From assembly GCA_041671325.1 (NCBI GenBank), contig JBAZBR010000004.1, positions 4,004 to 68,003 of the forward strand: a stretch of DNA of 64,000 nucleotides. Direction: 5' to 3'. Below are positions 27,334 to 38,231 of this stretch, piece by piece. The notes under the pieces are model-generated. The model did not search any database and had not been told where the DNA came from. It saw only the letters and a list, made by a program, of their open reading frames with translations. Every line of letters begins with the position of its first letter. Position 1 is the stretch's first letter. A program made the position numbers and the translations under genes. The stretch is from Patescibacteria group bacterium (lineage in GTDB: Bacteria > Patescibacteriota > Patescibacteriia > PEXW01).

Positions 27334-28443
27334 ATGGAAGAAAGATTCCCCTCTATAACAAGAGATGCCGAAGAATATGCGGGGAAAACCTCTATACCCG
27401 AAATAGCCGAGGATACCGCAAAAATGATTGAAGGCAACGAGGCCTTAGCTGATCGAACCCGAAAGGATATGGATCGAGGTGAAGGATATCGAAAAATGCA
27501 GAAGGAAGCAGCTGACGCAGTGAATCAGTATGAAGGCGCGGTAAAGGAGAAAAGGCTATATGTAGATGCTTTACGAGAAAAGGTAGAAAAAAGTACTGCC
27601 GGCCATTTATCCGAAAATGATCCAAAATTCCAGCGTTTGCGCGACCAATTATCAAAAGCCCAAAAAGAACTAAATCAAATGGAAGAAGACATTGTTAGTC
27701 TTCGAGTTAAGCAAGACTTTGATAAGAGCCATTATGATTCTTTAAAAAAAGAACAGGAGTTTGCCGCTAATTTGCCAGAGGAGCATGCTATTAATACAGT
27801 CATGGAATCCAAAGGTATATCTAATCCCGATAAAGCGGACCATGTTCGCCGGACAGTGCCAGGCACTTTAAATCGCCGAGAACAGGAGCGCGAGGATGCG
27901 ATTCAAGAGAAAAAAGAGGCGGAAAATTTTACCCAAGACATGGAAATATTGTATGCTATTCAGGCAGAATTTACAGCTCTAAAAGATGAAGATGAGAGGG
28001 TTTTTGCCGAAGCCATAACTAAAGCGCAAAGTCCGGAAGTGCACACCCAAATGAAAGGTCTTAATAGCCAAATTAAAAAACTAGAAAAAGCCTGGTTTGG
28101 CAAGACTGAAAAGCATGCTGAAGCTGAAAAACTCAAGGGGCAACTTAAGGCTATGGTTAATGATATTGTTTTTTTAGCAAGAGACAGGAGAAATGCCATA
28201 CTTGAATTTGACGACCGAAATACCGGAGACAGGTTATATCCGGATAGCATTGATAAACCAAGTCTGAAAAATATTTTACTGAGCTTGAATTATCGCTCCA
28301 ACAGCCCACGCCGCAAACAGTTGGAAGCGCCAATAAATCAATTAACCAAAGAAATAGATGCTTATTGGAAAGCAATACATCCAAGGATTGAACAAGTTGT
28401 TAAGGAAATTTTTGAAAGCCTTAATCTTGAAGAAAACGAATAA
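27334..28443 (+). CDS. Coiled-coil hypothetical protein
   Basis: 369-aa E/K-rich ORF. Confidence 0.8.
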   Translation: MEERFPSITRDAEEYAGKTSIPEIAEDTAKMIEGNEALADRTRKDMDRGEGYRKMQKEAADAVNQYEGAVKEKRLYVDALREKVEKSTAGHLSENDPKFQRLRDQLSKAQKELNQMEEDIVSLRVKQDFDKSHYDSLKKEQEFAANLPEEHAINTVMESKGISNPDKADHVRRTVPGTLNRREQEREDAIQEKKEAENFTQDMEILYAIQAEFTALKDEDERVFAEAITKAQSPEVHTQMKGLNSQIKKLEKAWFGKTEKHAEAEKLKGQLKAMVNDIVFLARDRRNAILEFDDRNTGDRLYPDSIDKPSLKNILLSLNYRSNSPRRKQLEAPINQLTKEIDAYWKAIHPRIEQVVKEIFESLNLEENE

Positions 28444-28552
28444 GTATTCATTTAGTAGCTTAGCAAAGAAATAAAAACCGTCAGTTAGAACTGATGGTTT
28501 TTTGCTGGATAAAAAAATCCCCCACCCGAGTAAAACCCGGGTGGGGGAAAGA

Positions 28553-29248
28553 TCAGCATGTAAAGATGAACTGGATATATGCCCAGAACAGGATATAGGG
28601 CAATGTCATCAGGATTGGTATTGAGCCCCTCAAAACCAAACCCCACGTTGATGGCATTTTAGCCGTCAGCCTATTTGCTTTGGCCAGCCAGTTTCCTAAT
28701 TCATCATAGTCGTCCAGTGGGTAGTCTACCGAACGTTCCGGTGTATTCAGAACGAGTTTAGCATCAACGATCTTGCAGCTTGGTTTTGGCGAGTCCCAGG
28801 GAATGTCCGGAAGATATTTGTAGGGACTAATCAATCCAGTCACATCGTACCAGCACTGGTTAATTCTGGCCGCAAAAATTCCTCCGCGCGAATAGAGTTT
28901 TAAGAGGCCGGCGTGCTCCAAGCTTTGTCTTTCCAATCCACTCATTTTGGCATAGGGTATCATCGAAATAATAAGCCCGAGGAATGCCAAGATGAGCAAC
29001 GCATAAAAACTTATACCAAATTCAGAGTCGAAATGAAAGTCCTTACCAAACTGCTGATAGTAAAAAACATGAAGCTTTGTGTCGTAGTCTATATGATTTA
29101 TCCTTCCAAAAATACACTCCAGAAGGACAGTGAGTGCTATTACAAAAACCACGGTAAGCGCTAAGCCTGATTCTGTACAAGAAGTTAGGCTTTTTTCAAG
29201 GAGCTTCTTCGCCTCCAGCGCCTGTCGTTTCATTTCCTGGTTTTTCAT
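28553..29248 (-). CDS. Membrane hypothetical protein
   Basis: Three hydrophobic segments; hairpin downstream. Confidence 0.7.
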   Translation of the reverse strand: MKNQEMKRQALEAKKLLEKSLTSCTESGLALTVVFVIALTVLLECIFGRINHIDYDTKLHVFYYQQFGKDFHFDSEFGISFYALLILAFLGLIISMIPYAKMSGLERQSLEHAGLLKLYSRGGIFAARINQCWYDVTGLISPYKYLPDIPWDSPKPSCKIVDAKLVLNTPERSVDYPLDDYDELGNWLAKANRLTAKMPSTWGLVLRGSIPILMTLPYILFWAYIQFIFTC

Positions 29249-29333
29249 CAGGTTTTTCCCTTCCCCCGCGCCGCCTCTGATTTTTCACAGAATTGACCGA
29301 GAGTTGAGTTTGAGGTTTGATGAGTCAACGACC

Positions 29334-29897
29334 CTATTGCGCAACTTCATGGCGAATTTTTGCCGCAAGAGCTCGAAGTGCTCCAGCATTTTTCTTGGTG
29401 CTGTTACCATCCACAACATTGTCGAGCAACTGAGCATCATTATTGGTCAAAGAGGTGTTTTCTGGTTTGTATGACAGTAGTCGCTGAAGCAACAACTGCA
29501 TCAGAAGTTCGTCCTTGAGTATTTCAATAATTTCTCCCAGAGCCGGCACAACCTGAACACGGTCCGCAATGGTACGCAAACCAACCAAAACAATCTTATG
29601 TTCATAGAGATATACTCTGCAGGTAGGATGATTGATTAGGTTGATTTCGACCGTGGCATTTCGAGAGATCTGAAGTCTTGCCCAGCGTTTAATGGTAGGA
29701 AAAGAAAACGACCTTTCGAAATTGTGGATTATAACGTCTTGAGAAACACAGTCTAGGAGCAATCCTGAAGGTATGTTTGCGGTTGGTGGGTTTTCATTCC
29801 AATCGAAACTAAAAGGATATTTTGATTGGAGATCGCCGACAAAACCTAGTCCCGGTACAAATTTTTGCTTCGGGACTTCGATTCTTGCGAAAAACAT
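29334..29897 (-). CDS. Hypothetical protein
   Basis: 187-aa ORF, aaagga SD, upstream ttgaca. Confidence 0.65.
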   Translation of the reverse strand: MFFARIEVPKQKFVPGLGFVGDLQSKYPFSFDWNENPPTANIPSGLLLDCVSQDVIIHNFERSFSFPTIKRWARLQISRNATVEINLINHPTCRVYLYEHKIVLVGLRTIADRVQVVPALGEIIEILKDELLMQLLLQRLLSYKPENTSLTNNDAQLLDNVVDGNSTKKNAGALRALAAKIRHEVAQ

Positions 29898-30141
29898 AGG
29901 TTATCCTTTCTTCACACATTCATGCCCTTCTCTTGCACCGCGCTACCACCTTGGTAGGTTGACCAAAAGTCGAGTGAACATGACTGACTATGACTTGCAC
30001 AGGCAGTCCCCTGAAAACAGCTGAAAAAAAGCTATTTTCACAAGGCTGCCAGTGAAGTGTTTTTCAATATGCAATAAACAAATAATACTACATCGTTTTT
30101 AGGGTTTTGTCAATACTAAGTGCGGGTGTTAAACTTTGGTC

Positions 30142-31161
30142 ATGGATTTCTTAATTCTCCATGGTGAAGATACTTTCCGCTCCCGCAAAAGATTAATGGC
30201 CTTGCGGGAAGGTTTTAAGAAAAAGTATGATCCCAAAGGCACCAATATCACGGCTTACAGTGCACCTTTTGATTTAGGGCAAATCCGGAACAGCCTGGCA
30301 CAGGTGGGCATGTTTGCCAAAAAACGCTTAGTGGTTTTATATGATTTTTATTCCACCACCACCAGCGCTGACCGGGAAAAATTCAATGAGTGGTTAAGTA
30401 AAGACGCTTTTCCAGATTCAGTTATTATTTGTTGGGAAGGGAAAGATTTAGGTCAGCCCTCAGTAGTTAAAAAGACTAAAACACCTTCTAAATCTAAAAA
30501 ACCCAAAACCGTAACTTCCAAAATCACTTGGCCAGAACATGCCAAAGTCGAAATTTTTGAGCCTTTAGCCCAAGCGCAATTATTAGCTTGGATTAGGCAA
30601 GAAGTAAAAAGATTTGGCGGGGCAATTGCGCCAGCCGCGGTCAACCAGCTGGAAAATAATATTGGTCCAGACTTATGGACTTTAAATAATGTCATAGCCC
30701 AACTTATCGCCGCGGCTAATAATAAGCCAATTGATTTGCCAATGGTTAATGAATGGACCAAGTCCCCTTTGGATGAAAATATTTTTCATTTTACCGACGC
30801 CATTAGTTCAAGGAATTTATCAGAAGCCCTGACTCTTTTCCAATCCCAATTAAATTTAGGCATCCACCCCTTAGTCCTGCATTCCATGCTTATCCGCCAG
30901 GTTCGGGCTTTAGTAATGGTGGAAGAATGTTTGCGTCAAAACATGGCATTTGGGTCAATTGCCCAAGCAACCAATTTGCACCCCTATGTGGCGCAAAAGG
31001 CGGCAGGGGCAGTGAAAAAATTCCAAACCGGGGAATTGCAGAGATTGTTCATCCGCCTGGCAGATTTGGACGTGGAAATGAAAACCGGCAAAATTGAACC
31101 CGAGATTGCCTTAGCGGATTTTATCGCTAATGCGTGTTTGCCCTCCTCCGCGAAAGACTAA
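30142..31161 (+). CDS. holA: DNA polymerase III delta subunit
   Basis: LHGEDTF, GMFAKKRLVV, ENIFHFTDAI, LHPYVAQK, D..MKTG. Confidence 0.92.
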   Translation: MDFLILHGEDTFRSRKRLMALREGFKKKYDPKGTNITAYSAPFDLGQIRNSLAQVGMFAKKRLVVLYDFYSTTTSADREKFNEWLSKDAFPDSVIICWEGKDLGQPSVVKKTKTPSKSKKPKTVTSKITWPEHAKVEIFEPLAQAQLLAWIRQEVKRFGGAIAPAAVNQLENNIGPDLWTLNNVIAQLIAAANNKPIDLPMVNEWTKSPLDENIFHFTDAISSRNLSEALTLFQSQLNLGIHPLVLHSMLIRQVRALVMVEECLRQNMAFGSIAQATNLHPYVAQKAAGAVKKFQTGELQRLFIRLADLDVEMKTGKIEPEIALADFIANACLPSSAKD

Positions 31162-31371
31162 ATAGGGACACCCCATCTTTAAAATAGGGTTTAAGGAGGG
31201 CATCCTCCATAGTCCCGCGACTGCGGGACGAAGGAGGATTCGCTTTGGAGGGTTACGCTCATGAAAAAATTCGATGTGGTGCTATAAGGATAAGACTACC
31301 GGGATAAAAATAATCGTGGTATCCTTAACTTATTATTAATCATTAATAAAACCTGAAAGGAGGTGGAATAT

Positions 31372-31677
31372 ATGGAAGAACAGAAACCCCCCGTGCAAAA
31401 ATCAGACAGCAACACCAATGCTGCCTTATCTTATATTTGGATAATCAGCGTGATTATGATTGTCACCAAGAAAAATGATGAGTTTGTCATGTTCCACGCC
31501 AAGCAGGGACTAATCCTTTTCATTGCTTCATTCCTTTACTTTATCCCGTATTATATAGGTACGATATTAGATATTTTAATTGTGATTTGTATTATTGTTG
31601 GCTTTATCAAAGCCATGGCAGGTGAACGCTATAAATTGCCGGTTATCGGTGATTTAGCTGAGAAAATCAAGTTCTAA
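31372..31677 (+). CDS. DUF4870-like membrane protein
   Basis: AALSY...FVMFHAKQG...GERYKLPVIG. Confidence 0.8.
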   Translation: MEEQKPPVQKSDSNTNAALSYIWIISVIMIVTKKNDEFVMFHAKQGLILFIASFLYFIPYYIGTILDILIVICIIVGFIKAMAGERYKLPVIGDLAEKIKF

Positions 31678-31815
31678 ATTGAAAATAAATTCAATGAACA
31701 AAAATTCCGGACATGAAATGTCTGGAATTTTGTTTAAAAAAAGTTTATTACTTGGTTTAAGAGGCATTGACAAACTTTAGCGAATCTGATAAGTTATTTT
31801 AAAATTAAATAAAAT

Positions 31816-32487
31816 ATGGAGGAACAAATGAACCTTAATACTTTTGAGTTTTCTTCTGGTGCCTTGGAATATTTTTTGCGGGAAGCTTTTGCCAGCCTTT
31901 GGCACAGGCTTAAAGCCCAGAGTGATCCGTACCTGGTTTTTGAGGATTTACTGGCACATTATCGGGAAGCCCATCGGCATTATCACACCGAAACCCACCT
32001 GGCTTTTTGCTTGGCAGCTTACAATGAAATCCGCAAGCATTTGAAAAACCCGCTGGAAGTGGAAATGGCAATTTTCCTTCACGACGTAATTTACCAGCCA
32101 GGTGAATTGGACAATGAGGAAAAAAGTACCAAATATGCCGCGGAATTGCTGGGTAAGATGGGTTTGCCAATTGAGGTTTGCGCCAGGATCTGTAATTTAA
32201 TCTTGGCCACCAAACATGATCAGGATCCTGAAAAGATTATGGACAATGATACACGATACATGCTGGACATAGATCTGCGCTGGATGGGCACTGATCCTGA
32301 AAGGTTTGAAAAAAATACTTTAAGGATCAGACGAGAATTTTCTCATCTTTCCGATCAAGATTTTGATTCTGGCCGTCGGGCTTTTTACCGGATGTTTCTG
32401 GATCGAAGCTCAATATTCTGCACTGAATATTTCGGCAAGAAATTCGAACAACAGGCCAGGGAAAACCTGGAACGCCTGGTCAGCTAG
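31816..32487 (+). CDS. HD-superfamily phosphohydrolase (COG4339-like)
   Basis: HRHYHT..H, FLHDVIY, NEEKS, LATKH, LDIDL, AR.NL. Confidence 0.85.
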   Translation: MEEQMNLNTFEFSSGALEYFLREAFASLWHRLKAQSDPYLVFEDLLAHYREAHRHYHTETHLAFCLAAYNEIRKHLKNPLEVEMAIFLHDVIYQPGELDNEEKSTKYAAELLGKMGLPIEVCARICNLILATKHDQDPEKIMDNDTRYMLDIDLRWMGTDPERFEKNTLRIRREFSHLSDQDFDSGRRAFYRMFLDRSSIFCTEYFGKKFEQQARENLERLVS

Positions 32488-32538
32488 AAAGTCATTTCAA
32501 AACCGCCCTATCATCTGGTAGAGCGGTTTTCTTGTTGA

Positions 32539-32799
32539 TTATTTCTTGTTGAGAGCCAGCATTAGCCTGGATTTCTTGCGGCTGGCGGTGTTTTTGCCAA
32601 TAATGTGTTTTCTGGCGGCTTTGTCCAAGAGTTTGGCAACCCGCAAGACTTTAGCCTTGGCTTCATCTTTTTTGCCAGCCAAAATCAGTTTCCGGGCTTT
32701 TTTCATTTCGTCATGGAGCAGGCCTTTGACAATCCGATTTGCCGCGGTCCGTTTGAGGCTTTGTTTGGCGTGCTTGATAGAGGCTTTCTTGATAGGCAT
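32539..32799 (-). CDS. rpsT: 30S ribosomal protein S20
   Basis: MPIKKASIK...LDKAARKHIIGKNTASRKKSRL. Confidence 0.95.
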   Translation of the reverse strand: MPIKKASIKHAKQSLKRTAANRIVKGLLHDEMKKARKLILAGKKDEAKAKVLRVAKLLDKAARKHIIGKNTASRKKSRLMLALNKK

Positions 32800-32953
32800 A
32801 AATATTTTCTTAATTTTTGGTGAAATAAAATTAACATGAAATTAATGATCATGCAAGCTATTGACGATTATCGGGCCTTAGGTTTAAGCTTTTGGAAAGC
32901 TTGAGACAAATAACAAAAAGGCTATTTAACAACTAAGATACGAGGAGGAAAAC

Positions 32954-34141
32954 GTGCTGACAGAAAGAATGAATAAAGCTTTTGCCAATAAGACTGGGGA
33001 GGACGCCTTTACCTGGACCACTGCGGCTGACCGGATTGATGCTGGGGGAGAGGGCGTGCCAACACTGCGTTGCCAAATCGGGCAAATTAAGTACCCGGTT
33101 TGTGAATCCCTGATTGATTCGACGGCAATTTCCCTATGCAACCAGGACGTGGGCTATGTCGGCTCCCAGGGCATCCTTAAAACAAGACAAGCCATCGCCG
33201 AAGATTTTAACCAGTTGAGGGGTACAGGAATTACCGCAGACCATGTTGGTATTAGCCCGGGCGCCAAGCCTTGGATTTTTGCCACCTGCCAGGCTTTCCT
33301 GAAGTCCGGAGATTTTGTTTTTTTGCCCAGGCCAGGCTATCCGATTTACGAAGCAGAAGTAAAATACATGGGCGCAATCCCGGTTCCCTTGCCGTTGAAG
33401 TCCAATGGCCACATTGACCTTTTAAAATTTGGGATATTAGTCGAGAGATTGAAGCCCAAACTCGTGATCTTAAATTATCCAGCCAATCCTGCGGGCGTAA
33501 TATTGACCCGCTCAGAGGCTGAGAAGATCAGTAAAATCGCCGTGCAACATGACCTGCTCATCTTGTCTGACGAGGCCTACAGCCGCATCTTGTACGATAA
33601 TAATGAGTTTGTCAGTGTCAGTTCTTTCCCCGGCATGCTGGAAAGAACCATTGTTATTGACGCCATGTCAAAAACCGGAGCCGTACCTGGCTTTCGCATG
33701 GGCTGGGGAGTGGTGCCGCTTGAGATCATGGGCAAATTCACGACTTTTTTGGGGAACATTTACTCCTGCGTCCCGCCCTTTATCCAAATTGGCGTTGCCG
33801 AGGTTTTGGGCAAATGTCGGTTTGGATACTATCAGCATGTCAGCGGAATGGTGGCTGAACTGCAAAGCCGGCGCGACTTGCTCTGTGAAGGGATGCGGAC
33901 TGTTCCGAAAATCAGTTTTCGAAGACCTCAAGGTGCCATGTACCTTTGGGTGAATATTCAAGAAGTCGGAAAATCCAGTTTTGATTTTTGCGAGCTACTG
34001 ATGCATAAATGGCGCCTAGTGACCTTGCCCGGCACTTCCTTTAACCAAGAGGGATACATTCGTATCTGTTTTGGCTCAACGCCCCAGGAAGTCATCCCGC
34101 AGATTTCCCAAAGGATAACCGACTGTATTGCCAGTCTGTAA
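32954..34141 (+). CDS. PLP-dependent aminotransferase class I/II
   Basis: NYPANPAG, SDEAY, SKTGAVPGFRMG, PQGAMY. Confidence 0.93.
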   Translation: MLTERMNKAFANKTGEDAFTWTTAADRIDAGGEGVPTLRCQIGQIKYPVCESLIDSTAISLCNQDVGYVGSQGILKTRQAIAEDFNQLRGTGITADHVGISPGAKPWIFATCQAFLKSGDFVFLPRPGYPIYEAEVKYMGAIPVPLPLKSNGHIDLLKFGILVERLKPKLVILNYPANPAGVILTRSEAEKISKIAVQHDLLILSDEAYSRILYDNNEFVSVSSFPGMLERTIVIDAMSKTGAVPGFRMGWGVVPLEIMGKFTTFLGNIYSCVPPFIQIGVAEVLGKCRFGYYQHVSGMVAELQSRRDLLCEGMRTVPKISFRRPQGAMYLWVNIQEVGKSSFDFCELLMHKWRLVTLPGTSFNQEGYIRICFGSTPQEVIPQISQRITDCIASL

Positions 34142-34172
34142 ACTTGAATACTCTTTCCATGAAAACCCCGAG

Positions 34173-34592
34173 TTAAGACTTGGGGTTTTTGTTTTTTATA
34201 ATTGAACTTTTGTAAATTTTAGGCTTGAAAGCTGGCAACCTGATGACTTTGGTCTTTAGCCCGCGTTTTTTTAATTCCAAACGGATTTTCTGAGTAAAAG
34301 CCATTTGATCATAACCTAAAGCTAAGATGTCTGGCTTTAATTCCTGGATAATTTTTAATTTATTTTTGGACGTTTTGCCCAAAATTACGCGGTCAACCCA
34401 TTTAACTTTTTTAATAGCGTTTAACCTTGTTTTTTCTTTTTGCCAAGGTTTTTCACCTTTAATCTGCTTAACGGTTTTATCGCGGGCAATGACCACAGTC
34501 AAATGGTCGCCTAAAGCCTTGGCTTTTTTAAACAAAAAAAGATGACCTTTATGCAAATGGTCAAAAGTGCCGGTAACCACAACTTTTTTCAT
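34173..34592 (-). CDS. Cytidylyltransferase-family FAD synthase (RibL-like)
   Basis: GTFDHLHKGH, VIARD, LGYDQ, KSS. Confidence 0.85.
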   Translation of the reverse strand: MKKVVVTGTFDHLHKGHLFLFKKAKALGDHLTVVIARDKTVKQIKGEKPWQKEKTRLNAIKKVKWVDRVILGKTSKNKLKIIQELKPDILALGYDQMAFTQKIRLELKKRGLKTKVIRLPAFKPKIYKSSIIKNKNPKS

Positions 34593-34617
34593 AGGTTTTA
34601 ATTATATCATTCGCACA

Positions 34618-34649
34618 AAAAATCAGGCCATCCGTTTTAGCGGATGGCC
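34618..34649 (-). terminator. Terminator hairpin, identical to 35095-35126
   Basis: aaaaatcaggccatccgttttagcggatggcc. Confidence 0.75.
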
Positions 34650-34655
34650 GTAAAT

Positions 34656-35024
34656 TTACTCAACGAGTTGCAAGATAATCAGGCGGTGCATATCGTGTTT
34701 TTGCCCGAGTGATACCTTAACAAGGCGGGCAAATTGTAAATCATGGAAAATGATTTCTCGATTCATGCCCCCGGCCATCATGGCTGGACTTTTGGTGACT
34801 TTGTCCAGCATATAATACTTGCCAAGCCCTGATTTGAAAGAAGCAAGGCCAAGTGCTTCAAGTGCTTTGACACAGTCGTCAAATTCATCTGTTTGAGCTT
34901 GGCCCATCGTATTTTCGGGACCGGTAATTGACCCATACCAAGCTACTCTCAGTTTTTCGGCTAAATCTTGAAGTTCAGCTGAAGACATTTCTTGCGGAAC
35001 GGTCTTTTTCAAAATCACCTCCAT
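34656..35024 (-). CDS. Hypothetical protein
   Basis: 122-aa ORF between promoter-like ttgaca and terminator. Confidence 0.65.
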   Translation of the reverse strand: MEVILKKTVPQEMSSAELQDLAEKLRVAWYGSITGPENTMGQAQTDEFDDCVKALEALGLASFKSGLGKYYMLDKVTKSPAMMAGGMNREIIFHDLQFARLVKVSLGQKHDMHRLIILQLVE

Positions 35025-35094
35025 TTTAGATTTTTCTTTATCTGTCGCAAAATTAACACAAGAAATTTAATATGTCAATGATTTTTTTAACATC

Positions 35095-35126
35095 AAAAAT
35101 CAGGCCATCCGTTTTAGCGGATGGCC
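35095..35126 (-). terminator. Terminator hairpin, identical to 34618-34649
   Basis: Same 32-nt sequence. Confidence 0.75.
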
Positions 35127-35134
35127 TCATGAGG

Positions 35135-35758
35135 TTATTTGCTGTTTATCTGTGGGACTACGTGTTGGATAAAAATTTCAACAAGAGCTGGATCCAGTGA
35201 TTTCCCGGCCAAATCCTTTAATCGCATGACTGCATCATTGATACTGAGCTTTTCTTGGTAGGATCTGGAAGTGGTCATAGCATCGAAGGTGTCAGAAATT
35301 GCCGTTATCCGGCCGGGGAGGGGGATTTTTTCTCCCGCATAGCCCAAGGGATAGCCACGGAGATCACCTTTGTGGTCGCCATCATATCTTTCATGATGGA
35401 AGAAAACACATTCGATGATCGCATCCGGAATGTCCACCGTACTTTTCCGCAAAATCTGTACGCCATCGTGGGGATGATTTTCCAATTCCACGATTTGTGA
35501 GTCAGAGAGATGGCGCGAGGGATTATTCAGGGTGTATTCTTCCACGCAGGTTTTGCCAATATCATGGACCAGGCCACCCAGCCGGAGTAATTCAACTTCG
35601 ATTTGAGTCAGTTTGGGCCTGATGGCTTGAGCTAGCAGCAACACGTAATCACTCACACGTCTTGAATGTCCTTTAGTGTAAGGATTTTTCCTTTCCAAGA
35701 CGCTGATCAGGACTTGAGCGGTGGATTCAATGACTTTTAGATCGAAGTTTTTTGGCAT
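35135..35758 (-). CDS. HD-GYP domain protein
   Basis: YTKGHSRRV, HDIGK, HHERYDG, GYP, DTFDAMT. Confidence 0.92.
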   Translation of the reverse strand: MPKNFDLKVIESTAQVLISVLERKNPYTKGHSRRVSDYVLLLAQAIRPKLTQIEVELLRLGGLVHDIGKTCVEEYTLNNPSRHLSDSQIVELENHPHDGVQILRKSTVDIPDAIIECVFFHHERYDGDHKGDLRGYPLGYAGEKIPLPGRITAISDTFDAMTTSRSYQEKLSINDAVMRLKDLAGKSLDPALVEIFIQHVVPQINSK

Positions 35759-35836
35759 TTATGCTCCTTTGTTAAAATTTCATTTTTTGTTTCAAAAAAA
35801 CTTAACACAGCATTTTGCTGGTGTCAATGGCTTCTC

Positions 35837-36007
35837 TGTCATTGCGAGCGACTCCGCCGCCGCGGGGAGGAGTGCGGCAGTCTCAAAAGAAATGGGAGAT
35901 TGCTCCCGCCTGGCCTACTCCGCTGAAGCGGCTGCGAAGGCTGGACCTCGCCAAGGCGAGTACGGCGGGCAGGTCGTCTCTGCCTACGGCAGATCCTCGC
36001 AATAACA
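35837..36007. repeat. TGTCAT-type element with doubly nested inserts
   Basis: tgtcattgcgag...cctcgcaataaca; insert 35905-35973 containing module 35912-35944. Confidence 0.75.
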
Positions 36008-36044
36008 ATGGGAATTTAGCGGTAAAGACTTTTTAATTAAATGA

Positions 36045-38042
36045 TTAGTAGCGCCTTTTCCTTCTCCTGACCCGTGGTTGGCCTTCGCCCTGCAATAATT
36101 TAATTTGGTCCCGGATATTCGCAGCTTTTTCAAAATCCAAATTCTGGGCCGCTAAACTCATTTGGTTTTCCAAGTCTTTCAAGACATAAGGGATTTCTTC
36201 CTTTGGAACTTTTTGCGGATTAAAGATTATTTTTTCCTCCTCAGCCTTTTTACCGGCTAAACGGGATTCCCGGATGGCTTTAATAATGGTTTTTGGCGTA
36301 ATGCCGTGTTTAGTATTGTAGGCGGTTTGGATTTTCCGTCGGCGTTCAGTTTCGGAAATGGCAGATTTCATGGCTTTGGTAATTTTGTCGGCATACATGA
36401 TGACCTGGCCTTCCACGTGCCTGGCGGCCCGGCCCATGGTTTGGATCAAGGCCATGTCAGATCTTAAAAAGCCCTCTTTATCCGCATCCAAAATTGCCAC
36501 CAAGGAAACCTCAGGCAAGTCCAAACCTTCGCGCAATAAATTAATGCCCACCACCACATCAATTTCGCCAGTGCGCAAAGTTCTTAAAATTTCCAAACGA
36601 TCAAAAGTTTCCACATCTGAATGCAGGTATTGCACTTTGATATCCAAGTCTTTCAAATAATCAGTCAGATCTTCGGCAATACGTTTGGTCAGTGTTGTTA
36701 CTAAAACCCTTTGGCCTTTTTCAACCCGAGCGCGGATTTGTTCCAGCAAATCATCAACCTGATGCTTGGTTGGTTTGACTTTGATCGCGGGGTCGAGCAA
36801 ACCCGTGGGCCTAATCAATTGCTCAGCAATTTTTTGACTATGGATTTTTTCATATTCCCGCGGGGTGGCAGAAACAAAAATCACTTGGTTAAGCCTTTTT
36901 TCAAACTCGGCAAATTTTAATGGCCGGTTGTCATAGGCCGCGGGCAAGCGGAAGCCGTAATCAACCAAAGTTTTTTTGCGCGCCTTATCGCCTTCATACA
37001 TGCCGCCAATTTGCGGCACGGTCATGTGGGATTCGTCGATGAATAATAAATAATCCTTGGGAAAAAAGTCCATCAAAGTGTAAGGCGGCGTGCCAGGAGC
37101 GCGGCCGTCAAAATAGCGGGAATAATTTTCAATGCCCGAAGTAAAACCAGTGGTGCGGATCATTTCCAAATCAAAATTGATACGCTGTTGCAACCTTTCG
37201 GCTTCCAATAATTTACCGTTGGCCTTGAACCAAGCCAATCTTTCTTTCAAATCCTTCTCAATTTGCAACAAAGATTTCTCCATACCCTTGGGGTCGGTGA
37301 CATATTGGGTGGCTGGGTAAATATCAACCTGGTCCAGTTTAACCACGTTTTTCCCAGTCAAGGAATCCACTTCTTCAATTTTTTCAATCTCATCACCGAA
37401 AAAATAAATTTTGTAAAGCCGACTTTCGGAAAAGCTGGGAAAAATTTCCACCGTATCACCCAAAGCCCGGAAAGAGCCGCGCCAAATGTCCAAGTTCCTT
37501 CTTTCAAAATGCATGGCTACCAATTTATTAAGCAAGTCTTGGCGTTTTAAAGTCTGGCCTTTTTTCAAAGTGATGCGACCTTTTTGGTATTCAGCCGGCG
37601 AACCCAAACCATAAATGCAAGAAACCGAAGCCACGATTATCACATCGCGGCGGGAAAGGATGGCTTGGGTGGAAGCGTGGCGCAAGCGGTCAATCTCTTC
37701 ATTAATATCCGTTTCTTTTTCAATGTAAGTGTCAGTCTTGGGGATGTAAGCTTCGGGTTGGTAATAGTCGTAATAGGAAACAAAATAATGCACGGCATTT
37801 TTAGGGAAAAAGTCCTCAAACTCGCTGGCCAGTTGCGCAGCCAGGGTTTTATTGTGGGAGATAATCAAAGTCGGCTTTTGGGTTTTTTCAATGACCTTGG
37901 CCATGGTAAAGGTTTTGCCAGAGCCAGTCACGCCCAAAAGCGTCTGGCCTTTGAAACCAGAATTTAGACCTTTGACCAATTTTTCAATGGCCTGCGGTTG
38001 ATCGCCAGTGGGTTTGAACGGTGCCTGGAGTTTAAATTGCAT
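36045..38042 (-). CDS. uvrB: Excinuclease ABC subunit B
   Basis: [23 protein letters not shown]-terminal UVR motif. Confidence 0.99.
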   Translation of the reverse strand: MQFKLQAPFKPTGDQPQAIEKLVKGLNSGFKGQTLLGVTGSGKTFTMAKVIEKTQKPTLIISHNKTLAAQLASEFEDFFPKNAVHYFVSYYDYYQPEAYIPKTDTYIEKETDINEEIDRLRHASTQAILSRRDVIIVASVSCIYGLGSPAEYQKGRITLKKGQTLKRQDLLNKLVAMHFERRNLDIWRGSFRALGDTVEIFPSFSESRLYKIYFFGDEIEKIEEVDSLTGKNVVKLDQVDIYPATQYVTDPKGMEKSLLQIEKDLKERLAWFKANGKLLEAERLQQRINFDLEMIRTTGFTSGIENYSRYFDGRAPGTPPYTLMDFFPKDYLLFIDESHMTVPQIGGMYEGDKARKKTLVDYGFRLPAAYDNRPLKFAEFEKRLNQVIFVSATPREYEKIHSQKIAEQLIRPTGLLDPAIKVKPTKHQVDDLLEQIRARVEKGQRVLVTTLTKRIAEDLTDYLKDLDIKVQYLHSDVETFDRLEILRTLRTGEIDVVVGINLLREGLDLPEVSLVAILDADKEGFLRSDMALIQTMGRAARHVEGQVIMYADKITKAMKSAISETERRRKIQTAYNTKHGITPKTIIKAIRESRLAGKKAEEEKIIFNPQKVPKEEIPYVLKDLENQMSLAAQNLDFEKAANIRDQIKLLQGEGQPRVRRRKRRY

Positions 38043-38231
38043 AAATATAAAGGGGTTGGCCTGCCCCGTACCCGACCCCGAGCTTGGCGAGGGGGAGTGG
38101 TATGGGGTCGCCAGTTGGCTTAAATGGCGCTTGAAGAATAAATTTACCCATAGATTATTGAAGTATTGGTCAAGTGGTATAATAGAGTCAAGTAAAGAAA
38201 ATTCAAATTGCTATTTAAAAAGGAGAGTGAA

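Noticed and set aside
35721-36036. Short ORFs over GC-rich palindromes (also 7917-8114, 20734-21114, 26835-27044)
   Set aside because: Open frames arise from GC-rich repeats or lie antisense to real genes.
36010-36040. Possible 5' stub of the FAD synthase gene (KVFTAKF versus KVVVTGTF)
   Set aside because: Similarity too weak and no start codon.
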